Below are positions 10,537 to 25,500 of a stretch of 64,000 nucleotides of DNA, piece after piece. The stretch covers positions 62,001 through 126,000 of the forward strand of contig JBHGNT010000010.1 in the NCBI GenBank assembly GCA_043228905.1, read 5' to 3'. Under the pieces are notes generated by a model. That model saw only the letters and a program-made list of their open reading frames with translations, had not been told where the DNA came from and made no database searches. Position numbers and translations under genes: made by a program. Within the stretch, counting starts at the first letter, position 1, and each line of letters starts with the position of its first letter. This DNA is from Azolla caroliniana. Lineage: Eukaryota; Plantae; Polypodiophyta.

Positions 10537-13500
10537 GTATGAACATTTAAATTTACCTACTAGCTATTCTCAACTCACTCCTCAAATTTGGTAATTAAGT
10601 CATGTCTCTCGACCTGAGTTTCAAAATCTTGATTTTTTAATACCATATCATAGCTAGCATTGTTAGCTTCGATTCGCATGTTTGAACACAAAAATCCGAT
10701 ATCACACGAGCCAGGTATGAACATTTAAATTTACCTACTAGCTCTTCTCAACTCACTCCTCAAATCTGGTAATTTCGTCATATCTCTCGACCTGAGTTTC
10801 AAAATCTTGATTTTTTAATTCCATATTATAGCTAGCGTTGTTAGCTTCGATTCGCATGTTTGAACACAAAAATCCGATATCACACGAGCCAGGTATGAAC
10901 AGTTTAATTTACTCAAGGGCTCCTCCCAACTCCCTCCTCAAGTTTGCTATTTTCGTCATGTCTCTCGACCTGAGTTTCAAAATCTTGATTTTTTAATTCC
11001 ATATCATAGCTAGCGTTGTTAGCTTCGATTATGATGTTTGAACACAGAAATCCGATATCACACGAGCCAGGTATGAACATTTTAATTTACTGAAGGGCTG
11101 TTCTCAACTCCCTCCTCAAGTTTGCTATTTTCGTCATGTCTCTCGACCTGAGTTTCAAAATATTGATTTTTTAATTCCATATCATAGGTAGCGTTGTTAG
11201 CTTCGATTTGCATGTTTGAACACAAAAATCCGATATAACACGAGCCAGGTATGAACAGTTTAATTTACTAAAGGGCTCCTCCCAACTCCCTCCTCAAGTT
11301 TGCTATTTTCGTCATGTCTCTCGACCTGAGTTTCAAAATATTGATTTTTTAATTCCATATCATAGGTAGCGTTGTTAGCTTCGATTTGCATGTTTGAACA
11401 CAAAAATCCGATATAACACGAGCCAGGTATGAACAGTTTAATTTACTCAAGGGCTCCTCCCAACTCCCTCCTCAAGTTTGGTAATTTCGTCATATCTCTC
11501 GACCTGAGTTTCAAAATCTTGATTTTTTAATTCCATATCATAGCTAGCGTTGTTAGCTTCGATTCGCATGTTTGAACACAAAAATCCGATATCACACGAG
11601 CCAGGTATGAACATTTAAATTTACCTACTAGCTCTTCTCAACTCACTCCTCAAATTTGGTAATTTCGTCATATCTCTCGACCTGAGTTTCAAAATCTTGA
11701 TTTTTTAATTCCATATCATAGCTAGCGTTGTTAGCTTCGATTCGCATGTTTGAACACAGAAATCCGATATCACACGAGCCAGGTATGAACATTTAAATTT
11801 ACCTACTAGCTATTCTCAACTCACTCCTCAATTTTGGTAATTAAGTCATATCTCTCGACCTGACTTTCAAAATCTTGATTTTTTAATACCATATCTTAAC
11901 TAGCATTGTTAGCTTCGATTTGCATGTTTGAACACAAAAATCCGATATCACACGAGCCAGGTATGAACATTTTAATTTACTCAAGGGCTCCTCTCAACTC
12001 CCTCCTCAAGTTTGCTATTTTCGTCATATCTCTCGACCTGACTTTCAAAATCTTGATTTTTAAATTCCATATCATAGCTAGCGTTGTTAGCTTCGATTTG
12101 CATGTTTGAGTACAGAAATCCGATATCACACGAGCCAGGTATGAACATTTTAATTTACTCAAGGGCTCCTCTCAACTCCCTCCTCAAGTTTGCTATTTTC
12201 GTCATGTCTCTCGACCTGAGTTTCAAAATCTTGATTTTTTAATTCCATATCATAGCTAGCGTTGTTAGCTTCGATTCGCATGTTTGAACACAAAAATCCG
12301 ATATCACACGAGCCAGGTATGAACATTTTAATTTACCTACTAGCTCTTGTCAACTCACTCCTCAAATTTGGTAATTTCGTCATATCTCTCGACCTGAGTT
12401 TCAAAATCTTGATTTTTTAATTCCATATCATAGCTAGCGTTGTTAGCTTCGATTCGCATGTTTGAACACAAAAATCCGATATCACACGAGCCAGGTATGA
12501 ACATTTAAATTTACCTACTAGCTCTTCTCAACTCACTCCTCAAATTTGGTAATTTCGTCATATCTCTCGACCTGAGTTTCAAAATCTTGATTTTTTAATT
12601 CCATATCATAGCTAGCGTTGTTAGCTTCGATTCGCATGTTTGAACACAAAAATCCGATATCACACGAGCCAGGTATGAACAGTTTAATTTACTCCAGGCC
12701 TCCTCTCAACTCCCTCCTCAAGTTTGCTATTTTCGTCATGTCTCTCGACCTGAGTTTCAAAATCTTGATTTTTTAATATCATATCATAGGTAGCGTTGTT
12801 AGCTTCGATTCGCATGTTTGCACACAAAAATCCGATATCACACGAGCCAGGTATGAACAGTTTAATTTACTCAAGGGCTCCTCCCAACTCCCTCCTCAAG
12901 TTTGCTATTTTCGTCATGTCTCTCGACCTGAGTTTCAAAATCTTGATTTTTTAATTCCATATCATAGCTAGTGTTGTTAGCTTCGATTCGCATGTTTGAA
13001 CACAAAAATCCGATATCACACGAGCCAGGTATGAACATTTTAATTTACCTACTAGCTCTTCTCAACTCACTCCTCAAATTTGGTAATTTCGTCATATCTC
13101 TCGACCTGAGTTTTTAAAATCTTGATTTTTTAATTCCATATCATAGCTAGCGTTGTTAGCTTCGATTCGCATGTTTGAACACAAAACTCCGATTTCACAC
13201 GATTCAGGTATGAACAGTTTAATTTACTCCAGGCCTCCTCTCAACTCCCTCCTAAAGTTTGCTATTTTCGTTATGTCTCTCGACCTGAGTTTCAAAATCT
13301 TGATTTTTTAATTCCATATTATAGCTAGCGTTGTTAGCTTCGATTCGCATGTTTGAACACAAAAATCCGATATCACACGAGCCAGGTATGAACAGTTTAA
13401 TTTACTCAAGGGCTCCTCCCAACTCCCTCCTCAAGTTTGCTATTTTCGTCATGTCTCTCGACCTGAGTTTCAAAATCTTGATTTTTTAATTCCATATCAT

Positions 13501-16500
13501 AGCTAGCGTTGTTAGCTTCGATTATGATGTTTGAACACAGAAATCCGATATCACACGAGCCAGGTATGAACATTTTAATTTACTGAAGGGCTGTTCTCAA
13601 CTCCCTCCTCAAGTTTGCTATTTTCGTCATGTCTCTCGACCTGAGTTTCAAAATATTGATTTTTTAATTCCATATCATAGGTAGCGTTGTTAGCTTCGAT
13701 TTGCATGTTTGAACACAAAAATCCGATATAACACGAGCCAGGTATGAACAGTTTAATTTACTCAAGGGCTCCTCCCAACTCCCTCCTCAAGTTTGCTATT
13801 TTCGTCATGTCTCTCGACCTGAGTTTCAAAATCTTGATTTTTTAATTCCATATCATTACTAGCGTTGTTAGCTTCGATTCGCATGTTTGAACACAAAAAT
13901 CCGATATCACACGAGCCAGGTATGAACATTTAAATTTACCTACTAGCTCTTCTCAACTCACTCCTCAAATTTGGTAATTTCGTCATATCTCTCGACCTGA
14001 GTTTCAAAATCTTGATTTTTTAATTCCATATCATAGCTAGCGTTGTTAGCTTCGATTCGCATGTTTGAACACAAAAATCCGATATCACACGAGCCAGGTA
14101 TGAACATTTAAATTTACCTACTAGCTCTTCTCAACTCACTCCTCAAATTTGGTAATTTCGTCATATCTCTCGACCTGAGTTTCAAAATCTTGATTTTTTA
14201 ATTCCATATCATAGCTAGCGTTGTTATCTTCGATTCGCATGTTTGAACACAGAAATCCGATATCACACGAGCCAGGTATGAACATTTAAATTTACCTACT
14301 AGCTATTCTCAACTCACTCCTCAAATTTGGTAATTAAGTCATATCTCTCGACCTGACTTTCAAAATCTTGATTTTTTAATACCATATCATAGCTAGCATT
14401 GTTAGCTTCGATTCGCATGTTTGAACACAAAAATCCGATATCACACCAGCCAGGTATGAACATTTAAATTTACCTACTAGCTCTTCTCAACTCACTCCTC
14501 AAATTTGGTAATTTCGTCATATCTCTCGACCTGAGTTTCAAAATCTTGATTTTTAAATTCCATATCATAGCTAGCGTTGTTAGCTTCGATTTGCATGTTT
14601 GAGTACCGAAATCCGATATCACACGAGCCAGGTATGAACATTTTAATTTACTCAAGGGCTCCTCTCAACTCCCTCCTCAAGTTTGCTATTTTCGTCATAT
14701 CTCTCGACCTGACTTTCAAAATCTTGATTTTTAAATTCCATATCATAGCTAGCGTTGTTAGCTTCGATTTGCATGTTTGAGTACAGAAATCCGATATCAC
14801 ACGAGCCAGGTATGAACATTTTAATTTACTCAAGGGCTCCTCTCAACTCCCTCCTCAAGTTTGCTATTTTCGTCATGTCTCTCGACCTGAGTTTCAAAAT
14901 CTTGATTTTTTAATTCCATATCATAGCTAGTGTTGTTAGCTTCGATTTGCATGTTTAAACACTAAAATCCGAGATCACACGAGCCAGGTATGAACATTTT
15001 AATTTACTCACGCGCTCTTCTGAACTCCCACGTCAAATTTGGTAATTTCTTCATGTCTCTCGACCTGAGTTTCAAAATCTTGATTTTTTAATTCTATATC
15101 ATAGCTAGTGTTGTTAGCTTCGATTCGCATCTTTGAACACAAAAATCTGGTATCACACGAGCCAGGTATGAAAATTTTAAATTAGTCACGGGCTCTTCTC
15201 AACTCCCTCCTCAAATTTGGTAATTTCTTCATGTCTCTCGACCTGAGTTTCAAAATCTTGATTTTTTAATTATATATCTTAGGTAGCGTTGTTAGCTTCG
15301 AATCGCAAGTTTGAACACAAAAATCCGAGATCACACGAGCCAGGTATGAATATTTTAATTTACTCACGGGCTCTTCTCAACTCCCTCTTCTAACTTGCCA
15401 ATTTCTTCATGTCTCTCGACCTGAGTTTCAAAATCTTGATTTTTTAATTCCATATCATAGCTAGCGTTGTTAGCTTCGAATCGCATGTTTGAACACAAAA
15501 ATCCGATATCACATGGGCCAGGTATGAACATTTTAATTTACTCACGGGCTCTTCTCAACTCCCTCTTCTAACTTGCCAATTTCTTCATGTCTCTCGACCT
15601 GAGTTTCAAAATCTTGATTTTTTAATTCCATATCATAGGTAGCGTTGTTAGATTCGAATCGCATGTTTGAACACAAAAATCCGATATCACATGGGCCAGG
15701 TATGAACATTTTAATTTACTCACGGGCTCTTCTCAACTCCCTCTTCTAACTTGCCAATTTCTTCATGTCTCTCGACCTGAGTTTCAAAATCTTGATTTTT
15801 TAATTCCATATCATAGCTAGTGTTGTTAGCTTCGATTCGCATGTTTAAACACTAAAATCCGAGATCACACGAGCCAGGTATGAACATTTTAATTTACTCA
15901 CGCGCTCTTCTCAACTCCCTCGTCAAATTTGGTAATTTCTTCATGTCTCTCGACCTGACTTTCAAAATCTTGATTTTTTAATTCCATATCATAGCTAGCG
16001 TTGATAGCTTCGATTCGCATGTTTGAACACAAAAATCCGATATCAAACGAGCCAGGTTTGAACACAGAATTTCGGGATCACACGAGCCAGGTATGAACAT
16101 TTTAATTTACTCACGCGCTCTTCTCAACTCCCTCGTCAAATTTGGTAATTTCTTCATGTCTCTCGACCTGAGTTTCAAAATCTTGATTTTTTAATTCTAT
16201 ATCTTAGCTAGTGTTGTTAGTTTCGATTCGCATGTTTTAACACAAAAATCAGGGATCACACGAGCCATGTATGAATATTTGAATTTAGTCACGCGCTCTT
16301 CTAAACTCCCTCCTGAAATTTGGTAATTTCTTCATGTCTCTCGACCTGAGTTTCAAAATCTTCGTTTCCTAATTCCATCTCATATATAGCGTTGTTAGCT
16401 TCGAATCGCATGTTTGAACACAAAAATCCGATATCACACGAGCCAGGTATGAACAATTTAATTTACTCACGCGCTCTTCTCAACTCCCTCGTAAAATTTG

Positions 16501-19500
16501 GTAATTTCTTCATGTCTCTCGACCTGAGTTTCAAAATCTGGATTTTTTAATTCTACATCATAGGTAGCGTTGTTAGCTTCGAATCGCATGTTTGAACACA
16601 AAAATTGGGGATCACACGAGCCAGGTATGAACATTTTAATTTACTCAAGGGCTCCTCTGAACTCCCTCTTCTAACTTGCCAATTTCTTCATGTCTCTCGA
16701 CCTGAGTTTCAAAATCTCGATTTTTTAATTCCATATTATAGGTATAAACATAGGTAGCGTTGTTAGCTTCGATATCATAGCTAGTGTTGTTAGCTTTGAT
16801 TCGCATGTTTAAACACTAAAATCCGAGATCACACGAGCCAGGTATGAACATTTTAATTTACTCACGCGCTCTTCTCAACTCCCTCGTCAAATTTGGTAAT
16901 TTCTTCATGTCTCTCGACTTGAGTTTCAAAATCTGGATTTTTTAATTCTATATCTTAGATAGTGTTGTTAGCTTCGATTCGCATGTTTGAACACAAAAAT
17001 CCGATATCACACGAGCCAGGTATGAACATTTTAATTTACCTACTAGCTCTTCTCAACTCACTCCTCAAATTTGGTAATTTTGTCATATCTCTCGACCTGA
17101 GTTTCAAAATCTTGATTTTTTAATTCCATATAATAGCTAGCGTCGTTAGCTTTGATTTGCATGTTTGAACACAGAAATCCAATATCACACGAGCCAGGTA
17201 TGAACATTTTAATTTACTCAAGGGCTCCTCTCAACTCCCTCCTGAAGTTTGCTATTTTCGTCATGTCTCTCGACCTGAATTTCAAAATCTTGATTTTTTA
17301 ATTCCATATCATAGCTAGCGTTGTTAGCTTCGATTCGCATGTTTGAACACAAAACTCCGATACCACACGAGCCAGGTATGAACAGTTTAATTTACTCCAG
17401 GCCTCCTCTCAACTCCCTCCTAAAGTTTGCTATTTTCGTCATGTCTCTCGACCTGAGTTTCAAAATCTTGATTTTTTAATTCCATATCATAGGTAGCGTT
17501 GTTAGCTTCGATTCGCATGTTTGCACACAAAAATCCGATATCACACGAGCCAGGTATGAACAGTTTAATTTACTCAAGGGCTCCTCCCAACTCCCTCCTC
17601 AAGTTTGCTATTTTCGTCATGTCTCTCGACCTGAGTTTCAAAATCTTGATTTTTTAATTCCATATCATAGGTAGCGTTGTTAGCTTCGATTTGCATGTTT
17701 GAACACAAAAATCCGATATCACACGAGCCAGGTATGAACAGTTTAATTTACTCAAGGGCTCCTCCCAACTCCCTCCTCAAGTTTGCTATTTTCGTCATGT
17801 CTCTCGACCTGAGTTTCAAAATCTTGATTTTTTAATTCCATATCATAGCTAGCGTTGTTAGCTTCGATTCGCATGTTTGAACACAAAAATCCGATATCAC
17901 ACGAGCCAGGTATGAACATTTTAATTTACCTACTAGGTCTTCTCAACTCACTCCTCAAATTTGGTAATTTCGTCATATCTCTCGACCTGAGTTTTTAAAA
18001 TCTTGATTTTTTAATTCCATATCATAGCTAGCGTTGTTAGCTTCGATTCGCATGTTTGAACACAAAACTCCGATTTCACACGAATCAGGTATGAACAGTT
18101 TAATTTACTCCAGGCCTCCTCTCAACTCCCTCCTAAAGTTTGCTATTTTCGTCATGTCTCTCGACCTGAGTTTCAAAATCTTGATTTTTTAATTCCATAT
18201 CATAGGTATCGTTGTTAGCTTCGATTCGCATGTTTGAACACAAAAATCCGATATCACACGAGCCAGGTGTGAACATTTAAATTTACCTACTAGCTCTTCT
18301 CAACTCACTCCTCAAATTTGGTAATTTCGTCATATCTCTCGACCTGACTTTCAAAATCTTGATTTTTAAATTCCATATCATAGCTAGCGTTGTTAGCTTC
18401 GATTTGCATGTTTGAGTACAGAAATCCGATATCACACGAGCCAGGTATGAACATTTTAATTTACTCAAGGGCTCCTCTCAACTCCCTCCTCAAGTTTGCT
18501 ATTTTCGTCATGTCTCTGGACCTGAGTTTCAAAATCTTGATTTTTTAATTCCATATCATAGCTAGCGTTGTTAGCTTCGATTCGCATGTTTGAACACAAA
18601 AATCCGATATCACACGAGCCAGGTATGAACATTTTAATTTACCTACTAGCTCTTGTCAACTCACTCCTCAAATTTGGTAATTTCGTCATATCTCTCGACC
18701 TGAGTTTCAAAATCTTGATTTTTTAGTTCCATATCATAGCTAGCGTTGTTAGCTTCGATTCGCATGTTTGAACACAAAAATCCGATATCACACGAGCCAG
18801 GTATGAACATTTTAATTTACCTACTAGCTCTTCTCAACTCACTCCTCAAATTTGGTAATTTCGTCATATCTCTCGACCTGACTTTCAAAATCTTGATTTT
18901 TTAATTCCATATCATAGCTAGCGTTGTTAGCTTCGATTCGCATGTTTGAACACAAAAATCCGATATCACAGGAGCCAGGTATGAACATTTTAATACACTC
19001 ACGCGCTCTTCTCAACTCCCTCCTCAAATTTGCTAATTTCGTCATGTCTCTCGACCTGGGTTTCAAAATCTTGATATTTTACTTCCATATTATAGGTAGC
19101 AGTCTTAGCTTCGATTCGCATGTTTGAACACAAAAATCCGATATGACACGAGCCAGGTATGAACATTTTAAATTACCTACTAGCTCTTCTCAACTCACTC
19201 CTCAAATTTGGTAATTAAGTCATATCTCTCGACCTGACTTTCAAAATCTTGATTTTTCAATTCCATATCATAGCTAGCGTTGTTAGCTTCGATTCGCATG
19301 TTTGAACACAAAAATCCGATATCACACGAGCCAGGTGTGAACATTTAAATTTACCTACTAGCTCTTCTCAACTCACTCCTCAAATTTGGTAATTTCGTCA
19401 TATCTCTCGACCTGAGTTTCAAAATCTTGATTTTTTAATTCCATATCATAGCTAGCGTTGTTAGCTTCGATTCGCATGTTTGAACACAAAAATCCGATAT

Positions 19501-22500
19501 CACACGAGCCAGGTATGAACATTTAAATTTACCTACTAGCTCTTCTCAACTCACTCCTCAAATTTGGTAATTTCGTCATATCTCTCGACCTGAGTTTCAA
19601 AATCTTGATTTTTTAATTCCATATCATAGCTAGCGTTGTTAGCTTCGATTCGCATGTTTGAACACAAAAATCCGATATCACACGAGCCAGGTATGAACAG
19701 TTTAATTTACTCCAGGCCTCCTCTCAACTCCCTCCTCAAGTTTGCTATTTTCGTCATGTCTCTCGACCTGAGTTTCAAAATCTTGATTTTTTAATATCAT
19801 ATCATAGGTAGCGTTGTTAGCTTCGATTCGCATGTTTGCACACAAAAATCCGATATCACACGAGCCAGGTATGAACAGTTTAATTTACTCAAGGGCTCCT
19901 CCCAACTCCCTCCTCAAGTTTGCTATTTTCGTCATGTCTCTCGACCTGAGTTTCAAAATCTTGATTTTTTAATTCCATATCATAGCTAGTGTTGTTAGCT
20001 TCGATTCGCATGTTTGAACACAAAAATCCGATATCACACGAGCCAGGTATGAACATTTTAATTTACCTACTAGCTCTTCTCAACTCACTCCTCAAATTTG
20101 GTAATTTCGTCATATCTCTCGACCTGAGTTTTTAAAATCTTGATTTTTTAATTCCATATCATAGCTAGCGTTGTTAGCTTCGATTCGCATGTTTGAACAC
20201 AAAACTCCGATTTCACACGATTCAGGTATGAACAGTTTAATTTACTCCAGGCCTCCTCTCAACTCCCTCCTAAAGTTTGCTATTTTCGTTATGTCTCTCG
20301 ACCTGAGTTTCAAAATCTTGATTTTTTAATTCCATATTATAGCTAGCGTTGTTAGCTTCGATTCGCATGTTTGAACACAAAAATCCGATATCACACGAGC
20401 CAGGTATGAACAGTTTAATTTACTCAAGGGCTCCTCCCAACTCCCTCCTCAAGTTTGCTATTTTCGTCATGTCTCTCGACCTGAGTTTCAAAATCTTGAT
20501 TTTTTAATTCCATATCATAGCTAGCGTTGTTAGCTTCGATTATGATGTTTGAACACAGAAATCCGATATCACACGAGCCAGGTATGAACATTTTAATTTA
20601 CTGAAGGGCTGTTCTCAACTCCCTCCTCAAGTTTGCTATTTTCGTCATGTCTCTCGACCTGAGTTTCAAAATATTGATTTTTTAATTCCATATCATAGGT
20701 AGCGTTGTTAGCTTCGATTTGCATGTTTGAACACAAAAATCCGATATAACACGAGCCAGGTATGAACAGTTTAATTTACTCAAGGGCTCCTCCCAACTCC
20801 CTCCTCAAGTTTGCTATTTTCGTCATGTCTCTCGACCTGAGTTTCAAAATCTTGATTTTTTAATTCCATATCATTACTAGCGTTGTTAGCTTCGATTCGC
20901 ATGTTTGAACACAAAAATCCGATATCACACGAGCCAGGTATGAACATTTAAATTTACCTACTAGCTCTTCTCAACTCACTCCTCAAATTTGGTAATTTCG
21001 TCATATCTCTCGACCTGAGTTTCAAAATCTTGATTTTTTAATTCCATATCATAGCTAGCGTTGTTAGCTTCGATTCGCATGTTTGAACACAAAAATCCGA
21101 TATCACACGAGCCAGGTATGAACATTTAAATTTACCTACTAGCTCTTCTCAACTCACTCCTCAAATTTGGTAATTTCGTCATATCTCTCGACCTGAGTTT
21201 CAAAATCTTGATTTTTTAATTCCATATCATAGCTAGCGTTGTTAGCTTCGATTCGCATGTTTGAACACAGAAATCCGATATCACACGAGCCAGGTATGAA
21301 CATTTAAATTTACCTACTAGCTATTCTCAACTCACTCCTCAAATTTGGTAATTAAGTCATATCTCTCGACCTGACTTTCAAAATCTTGATTTTTTAATAC
21401 CATATCATAGCTAGCATTGTTAGCTTCGATTCGCATGTTTGAACACAAAAATCCGATATCACACCAGCCAGGTATGAACATTTAAATTTACCTACTAGCT
21501 CTTCTCAACTCACTCCTCAAATTTGGTAATTTCGTCATATCTCTCGACCTGAGTTTCAAAATCTTGATTTTTAAATTCCATATCATAGCTAGCGTTGTTA
21601 GCTTCGATTTGCATGTTTGAGTACCGAAATCCGATATCACACGAGCCAGGTATGAACATTTTAATTTACTCAAGGGCTCCTCTCAACTCCCTCCTCAAGT
21701 TTGCTATTTTCGTCATATCTCTCGACCTGACTTTCAAAATCTTGATTTTTAAATTCCATATCATAGCTAGCGTTGTTAGCTTCGATTTGCATGTTTGAGT
21801 ACAGAAATCCGATATCACACGAGCCAGGTATGAACATTTTAATTTACTCAAGGGCTCCTCTCAACTCCCTCCTCAAGTTTGCTATTTTCGTCATGTCTCT
21901 CGACCTGAGTTTCAAAATCTTGATTTTTTAATTCCATATCATAGCTAGTGTTGTTAGCTTCGATTTGCATGTTTAAACACTAAAATCCGAGATCACACGA
22001 GCCAGGTATGAACATTTTAATTTACTCACGCGCTCTTCTGAACTCCCACGTCAAATTTGGTAATTTCTTCATGTCTCTCGACCTGAGTTTCAAAATCTTG
22101 ATTTTTTAATTCTATATCATAGCTAGTGTTGTTAGCTTCGATTCGCATCTTTGAACACAAAAATCTGGTATCACACGAGCCAGGTATGAAAATTTTAAAT
22201 TAGTCACGGGCTCTTCTCAACTCCCTCCTCAAATTTGGTAATTTCTTCATGTCTCTCGACCTGAGTTTCAAAATCTTGATTTTTTAATTATATATCTTAG
22301 GTAGCGTTGTTAGCTTCGAATCGCAAGTTTGAACACAAAAATCCGAGATCACACGAGCCAGGTATGAATATTTTAATTTACTCACGGGCTCTTCTCAACT
22401 CCCTCTTCTAACTTGCCAATTTCTTCATGTCTCTCGACCTGAGTTTCAAAATCTTGATTTTTTAATTCCATATCATAGCTAGCGTTGTTAGCTTCGATTC

Positions 22501-25500
22501 GCATGTTTGAACACAAAAATCCGATATCACACGAGCCAGGTATGAACATTTAAATTTACCTACTAGCTCTTCTCAACTCACTCCTCAAATTTGGTAATTT
22601 CGTCATATCTCTCGACCTGAGTTTCAAAATCTTGATTTTTTAATTCCATATCATAGCTAGCGTTGTTAGCTTCGATTCGCATGTTTGAACACAAAAATCC
22701 GATATCACACGAGCCAGGTATGAACAGTTTAATTTACTCCAGGCCTCCTCTCAACTCCCTCCTCAAGTTTGCTATTTTCGTCATGTCTCTCGACCTGAGT
22801 TTCAAAATCTTGATTTTTTAATATCATATCATAGGTAGCGTTGTTAGCTTCGATTCGCATGTTTGCACACAAAAATCCGATATCACACGAGCCAGGTATG
22901 AACAGTTTAATTTACTCAAGGGCTCCTCCCAACTCCCTCCTCAAGTTTGCTATTTTCGTCATGTCTCTCGACCTGAGTTTCAAAATCTTGATTTTTTAAT
23001 TCCATATCATAGCTAGTGTTGTTAGCTTCGATTCGCATGTTTGAACACAAAAATCCGATATCACACGAGCCAGGTATGAACATTTTAATTTACCTACTAG
23101 CTCTTCTCAACTCACTCCTCAAATTTGGTAATTTCGTCATATCTCTCGACCTGAGTTTTTAAAATCTTGATTTTTTAATTCCATATCATAGCTAGCGTTG
23201 TTAGCTTCGATTCGCATGTTTGAACACAAAACTCCGATTTCACACGATTCAGGTATGAACAGTTTAATTTACTCCAGGCCTCCTCTCAACTCCCTCCTAA
23301 AGTTTGCTATTTTCGTTATGTCTCTCGACCTGAGTTTCAAAATCTTGATTTTTTAATTCCATATTATAGCTAGCGTTGTTAGCTTCGATTCGCATGTTTG
23401 AACACAAAAATCCGATATCACACGAGCCAGGTATGAACAGTTTAATTTACTCAAGGGCTCCTCCCAACTCCCTCCTCAAGTTTGCTATTTTCGTCATGTC
23501 TCTCGACCTGAGTTTCAAAATCTTGATTTTTTAATTCCATATCATAGCTAGCGTTGTTAGCTTCGATTATGATGTTTGAACACAGAAATCCGATATCACA
23601 CGAGCCAGGTATGAACATTTTAATTTACTGAAGGGCTGTTCTCAACTCCCTCCTCAAGTTTGCTATTTTCGTCATGTCTCTCGACCTGAGTTTCAAAATA
23701 TTGATTTTTTAATTCCATATCATAGGTAGCGTTGTTAGCTTCGATTTGCATGTTTGAACACAAAAATCCGATATAACACGAGCCAGGTATGAACAGTTTA
23801 ATTTACTCAAGGGCTCCTCCCAACTCCCTCCTCAAGTTTGCTATTTTCGTCATGTCTCTCGACCTGAGTTTCAAAATCTTGATTTTTTAATTCCATATCA
23901 TTACTAGCGTTGTTAGCTTCGATTCGCATGTTTGAACACAAAAATCCGATATCACACGAGCCAGGTATGAACATTTAAATTTACCTACTAGCTCTTCTCA
24001 ACTCACTCCTCAAATTTGGTAATTTCGTCATATCTCTCGACCTGAGTTTCAAAATCTTGATTTTTTAATTCCATATCATAGCTAGCGTTGTTAGCTTCGA
24101 TTCGCATGTTTGAACACAAAAATCCGATATCACACGAGCCAGGTATGAACATTTAAATTTACCTACTAGCTCTTCTCAACTCACTCCTCAAATTTGGTAA
24201 TTTCGTCATATCTCTCGACCTGAGTTTCAAAATCTTGATTTTTTAATTCCATATCATAGGTATCGTTGTTAGCTTCGATTCGCATGTTTGAACACAAAAA
24301 TCCGATATCACACGAGCCAGGTGTGAACATTTAAATTTACCTACTAGCTCTTCTCAACTCACTCCTCAAATTTGGTAATTTCGTCATATCTCTCGACCTG
24401 ACTTTCAAAATCTTGATTTTTAAATTCCATATCATAGCTAGCGTTGTTAGCTTCGATTTGCATGTTTGAGTACAGAAATCCGATATCACACGAGCCAGGT
24501 ATGAACATTTTAATTTACTCAAGGGCTCCTCTCAACTCCCTCCTCAAGTTTGCTATTTTCGTCATGTCTCTGGACCTGAGTTTCAAAATCTTGATTTTTT
24601 AATTCCATATCATAGCTAGCGTTGTTAGCTTCGATTCGCATGTTTGAACACAAAAATCCGATATCACACGAGCCAGGTATGAACATTTTAATTTACCTAC
24701 TAGCTCTTGTCAACTCACTCCTCAAATTTGGTAATTTCGTCATATCTCTCGACCGGAGTTTCAAAATCTTGATTTTTTAGTTCCATATCATAGCTAGCGT
24801 TGTTAGCTTCGATTCGCATGTTTGAACACAAAAATCCGATATCACACGAGCCAGGTATGAACATTTTAATTTACCTACTAGCTCTTCTCAACTCACTCCT
24901 CAAATTTGGTAATTTCGTCATATCTCTCGACCTGACTTTCAAAATCTTGATTTTTTAATTCCATATCATAGCTAGCGTTGTTAGCTTCGATTCGCATGTT
25001 TGAACACAAAAATCCGATATCACAGGAGCCAGGTATGAACATTTTAATACACTCACGCGCTCTTCTCAACTCCCTCCTCAAATTTGCTAATTTCGTCATG
25101 TCTCTCGACCTGGGTTTCAAAATCTTGATATTTTACTTCCATATTATAGGTAGCAGTCTTAGCTTCGATTCGCATGTTTGAACACAAAAATCCGATATGA
25201 CACGAGCCAGGTATGAACATTTTAAATTACCTACTAGCTCTTCTCAACTCACTCCTCAAATTTGGTAATTAAGTCATATCTCTCGACCTGACTTTCAAAA
25301 TCTTGATTTTTCAATTCCATATCATAGCTAGCGTTGTTAGCTTCCATATCATAGCTTCGATATCACACGAGCCAGGTATGAACATTTAAATTTACCTACT
25401 AGCTCTTCTCAACTCACTCCTCAAATTTGGTAATTTCGTCATATCTCTCGACCTGAGTTTCAAAATCTTGATTTTTTAATTCCATATCATAGCTAGCGTT

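Noticed and set aside
5015-10594. Overlapping and antisense ORFs in the LTRs and gag-pol region
   Set aside because: Shadow frames of GC-rich coding DNA and GA repeats. There is no room for an env-like or extra ORF because the PPT overlaps the pol stop codon.
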